Shown in pieces: positions 53,262-53,764 of a stretch of DNA of 53,764 nt (positions are counted from its first letter, which is position 1; the number at the start of each line of letters is the position of its first letter). Location: NCBI GenBank assembly GCA_964579475.1, contig CAZOFP010000006.1:1-53764 (forward strand), given 5' to 3'. The DNA is from an uncultured Candidatus Saccharibacteria bacterium. Lineage in GTDB: Bacteria; Patescibacteriota; Saccharimonadia; Saccharimonadales; CAYOYH01. The translations under genes and the position numbers were made by a program. Under the pieces are notes generated by a model. The model saw only the letters and a list, made by a program, of their open reading frames with translations. It was not told where the DNA came from and ran no database searches.

Positions 53262-53764
53262 AGCTCTGTTTAGATTCCTAAACATAAAACCACGCATTAA
53301 TATCTCCTCTGCTATAGGGGTGGCGATTACTAATGCCAGAAACGCCAGAAGCACTTCAGTCGACGAAGAGGCCGACCCAAAACCCACATCTTGGGCTTGG
53401 TCCAAATCGACACCTGTCTGCAGGAGGTCGACTACAACAAACGACACCACTGAAACAACTATGTATACCCCAGCTGCGGGCAGAACTAACCACATATTTT
53501 TTAATTTCGGCCGATTACCTAGACCCAGCCAAGCCAGGTCGTGCTTGCGCCATTTCATAAATATCCAAACCAAACTTATAGCTAGGAGTTCAAACAATAC
53601 GATGTATGCGAAATTTCCGACAACACTGCTGTCGGCTGTTTCATCAAACAAACTTGGTAGGAACGGGCTGATAGTTAGCGCCACAACCAGCTGAGCAACA
53701 ATAAATATCCCCAGCGGCGTAAACACGCTTATGATTAGCACTTTAAGTTTCTGTAGAACAGAGA
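53064..53764 (-). CDS. CPBP (CAAX/Abi) family intramembrane glutamic endopeptidase, probably 5'-truncated by the window
   Basis: PIAEEILMRG, FGILH, HMLKN motifs; frame stays open to the window edge. Confidence 0.88.
   Translation of the reverse strand, partial: SVLQKLKVLIISVFTPLGIFIVAQLVVALTISPFLPSLFDETADSSVVGNFAYIVLFELLAISLVWIFMKWRKHDLAWLGLGNRPKLKNMWLVLPAAGVYIVVSVVSFVVVDLLQTGVDLDQAQDVGFGSASSSTEVLLAFLALVIATPIAEEILMRGFMFRNLNRAFGFVIAALISAAIFGILHGQVNLFIDTFVLGLALAWLVNKTDSLWPAIGLHMLKNGIAFLYLFVF

Overview
This 53.8-kb window is chromosomal backbone from a small-genome bacterium. Gene content and order suggest Patescibacteria/CPR, probably Saccharimonadia (inference). From left to right it holds: a ribbon-helix-helix protein, topA, a sigma70-region-4/winged-helix protein and a VirD4-like ATPase on the + strand; a reduced dcw cluster (mraZ-rsmH-ftsL-ftsI-mraY-ftsW-murG-ftsQ); yvcK, a GH1 glycosidase, a YbaK/ProX editor and glyQS; an orphan gene cluster; a sensorless kinase/receiver pair coupled to recO; xseAB; rpmA; a second orphan cluster; pyrG; ctpA/M23/ftsXE; prfB, murD, an M16 peptidase, secA, hpf, serS, class I lysS, greA and proS. 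I saw no rRNA, tRNA, CRISPR array, integrase or transposase. The most unusual signals are small: (1) a dispersed bipartite palindromic element in three copies, with AATTAATT-centred palindromes 68-69 bp apart; (2) 7-bp tandem arrays (TCTAnnn/nnnTAGA) that bracket intergenic spacers as inverted arms and abut stop or start codons; (3) a circularly permuted M23 peptidase next to ftsEX; (4) two translationally coupled micro-ORFs missing from the ORF track; (5) repeated A/C-rich motifs in the mraZ-rsmH-ftsL leaders; (6) a 349-bp tandem duplication at proS with 7-bp microhomology. All calls come from reading the sequence and translations by eye; no database search was run.
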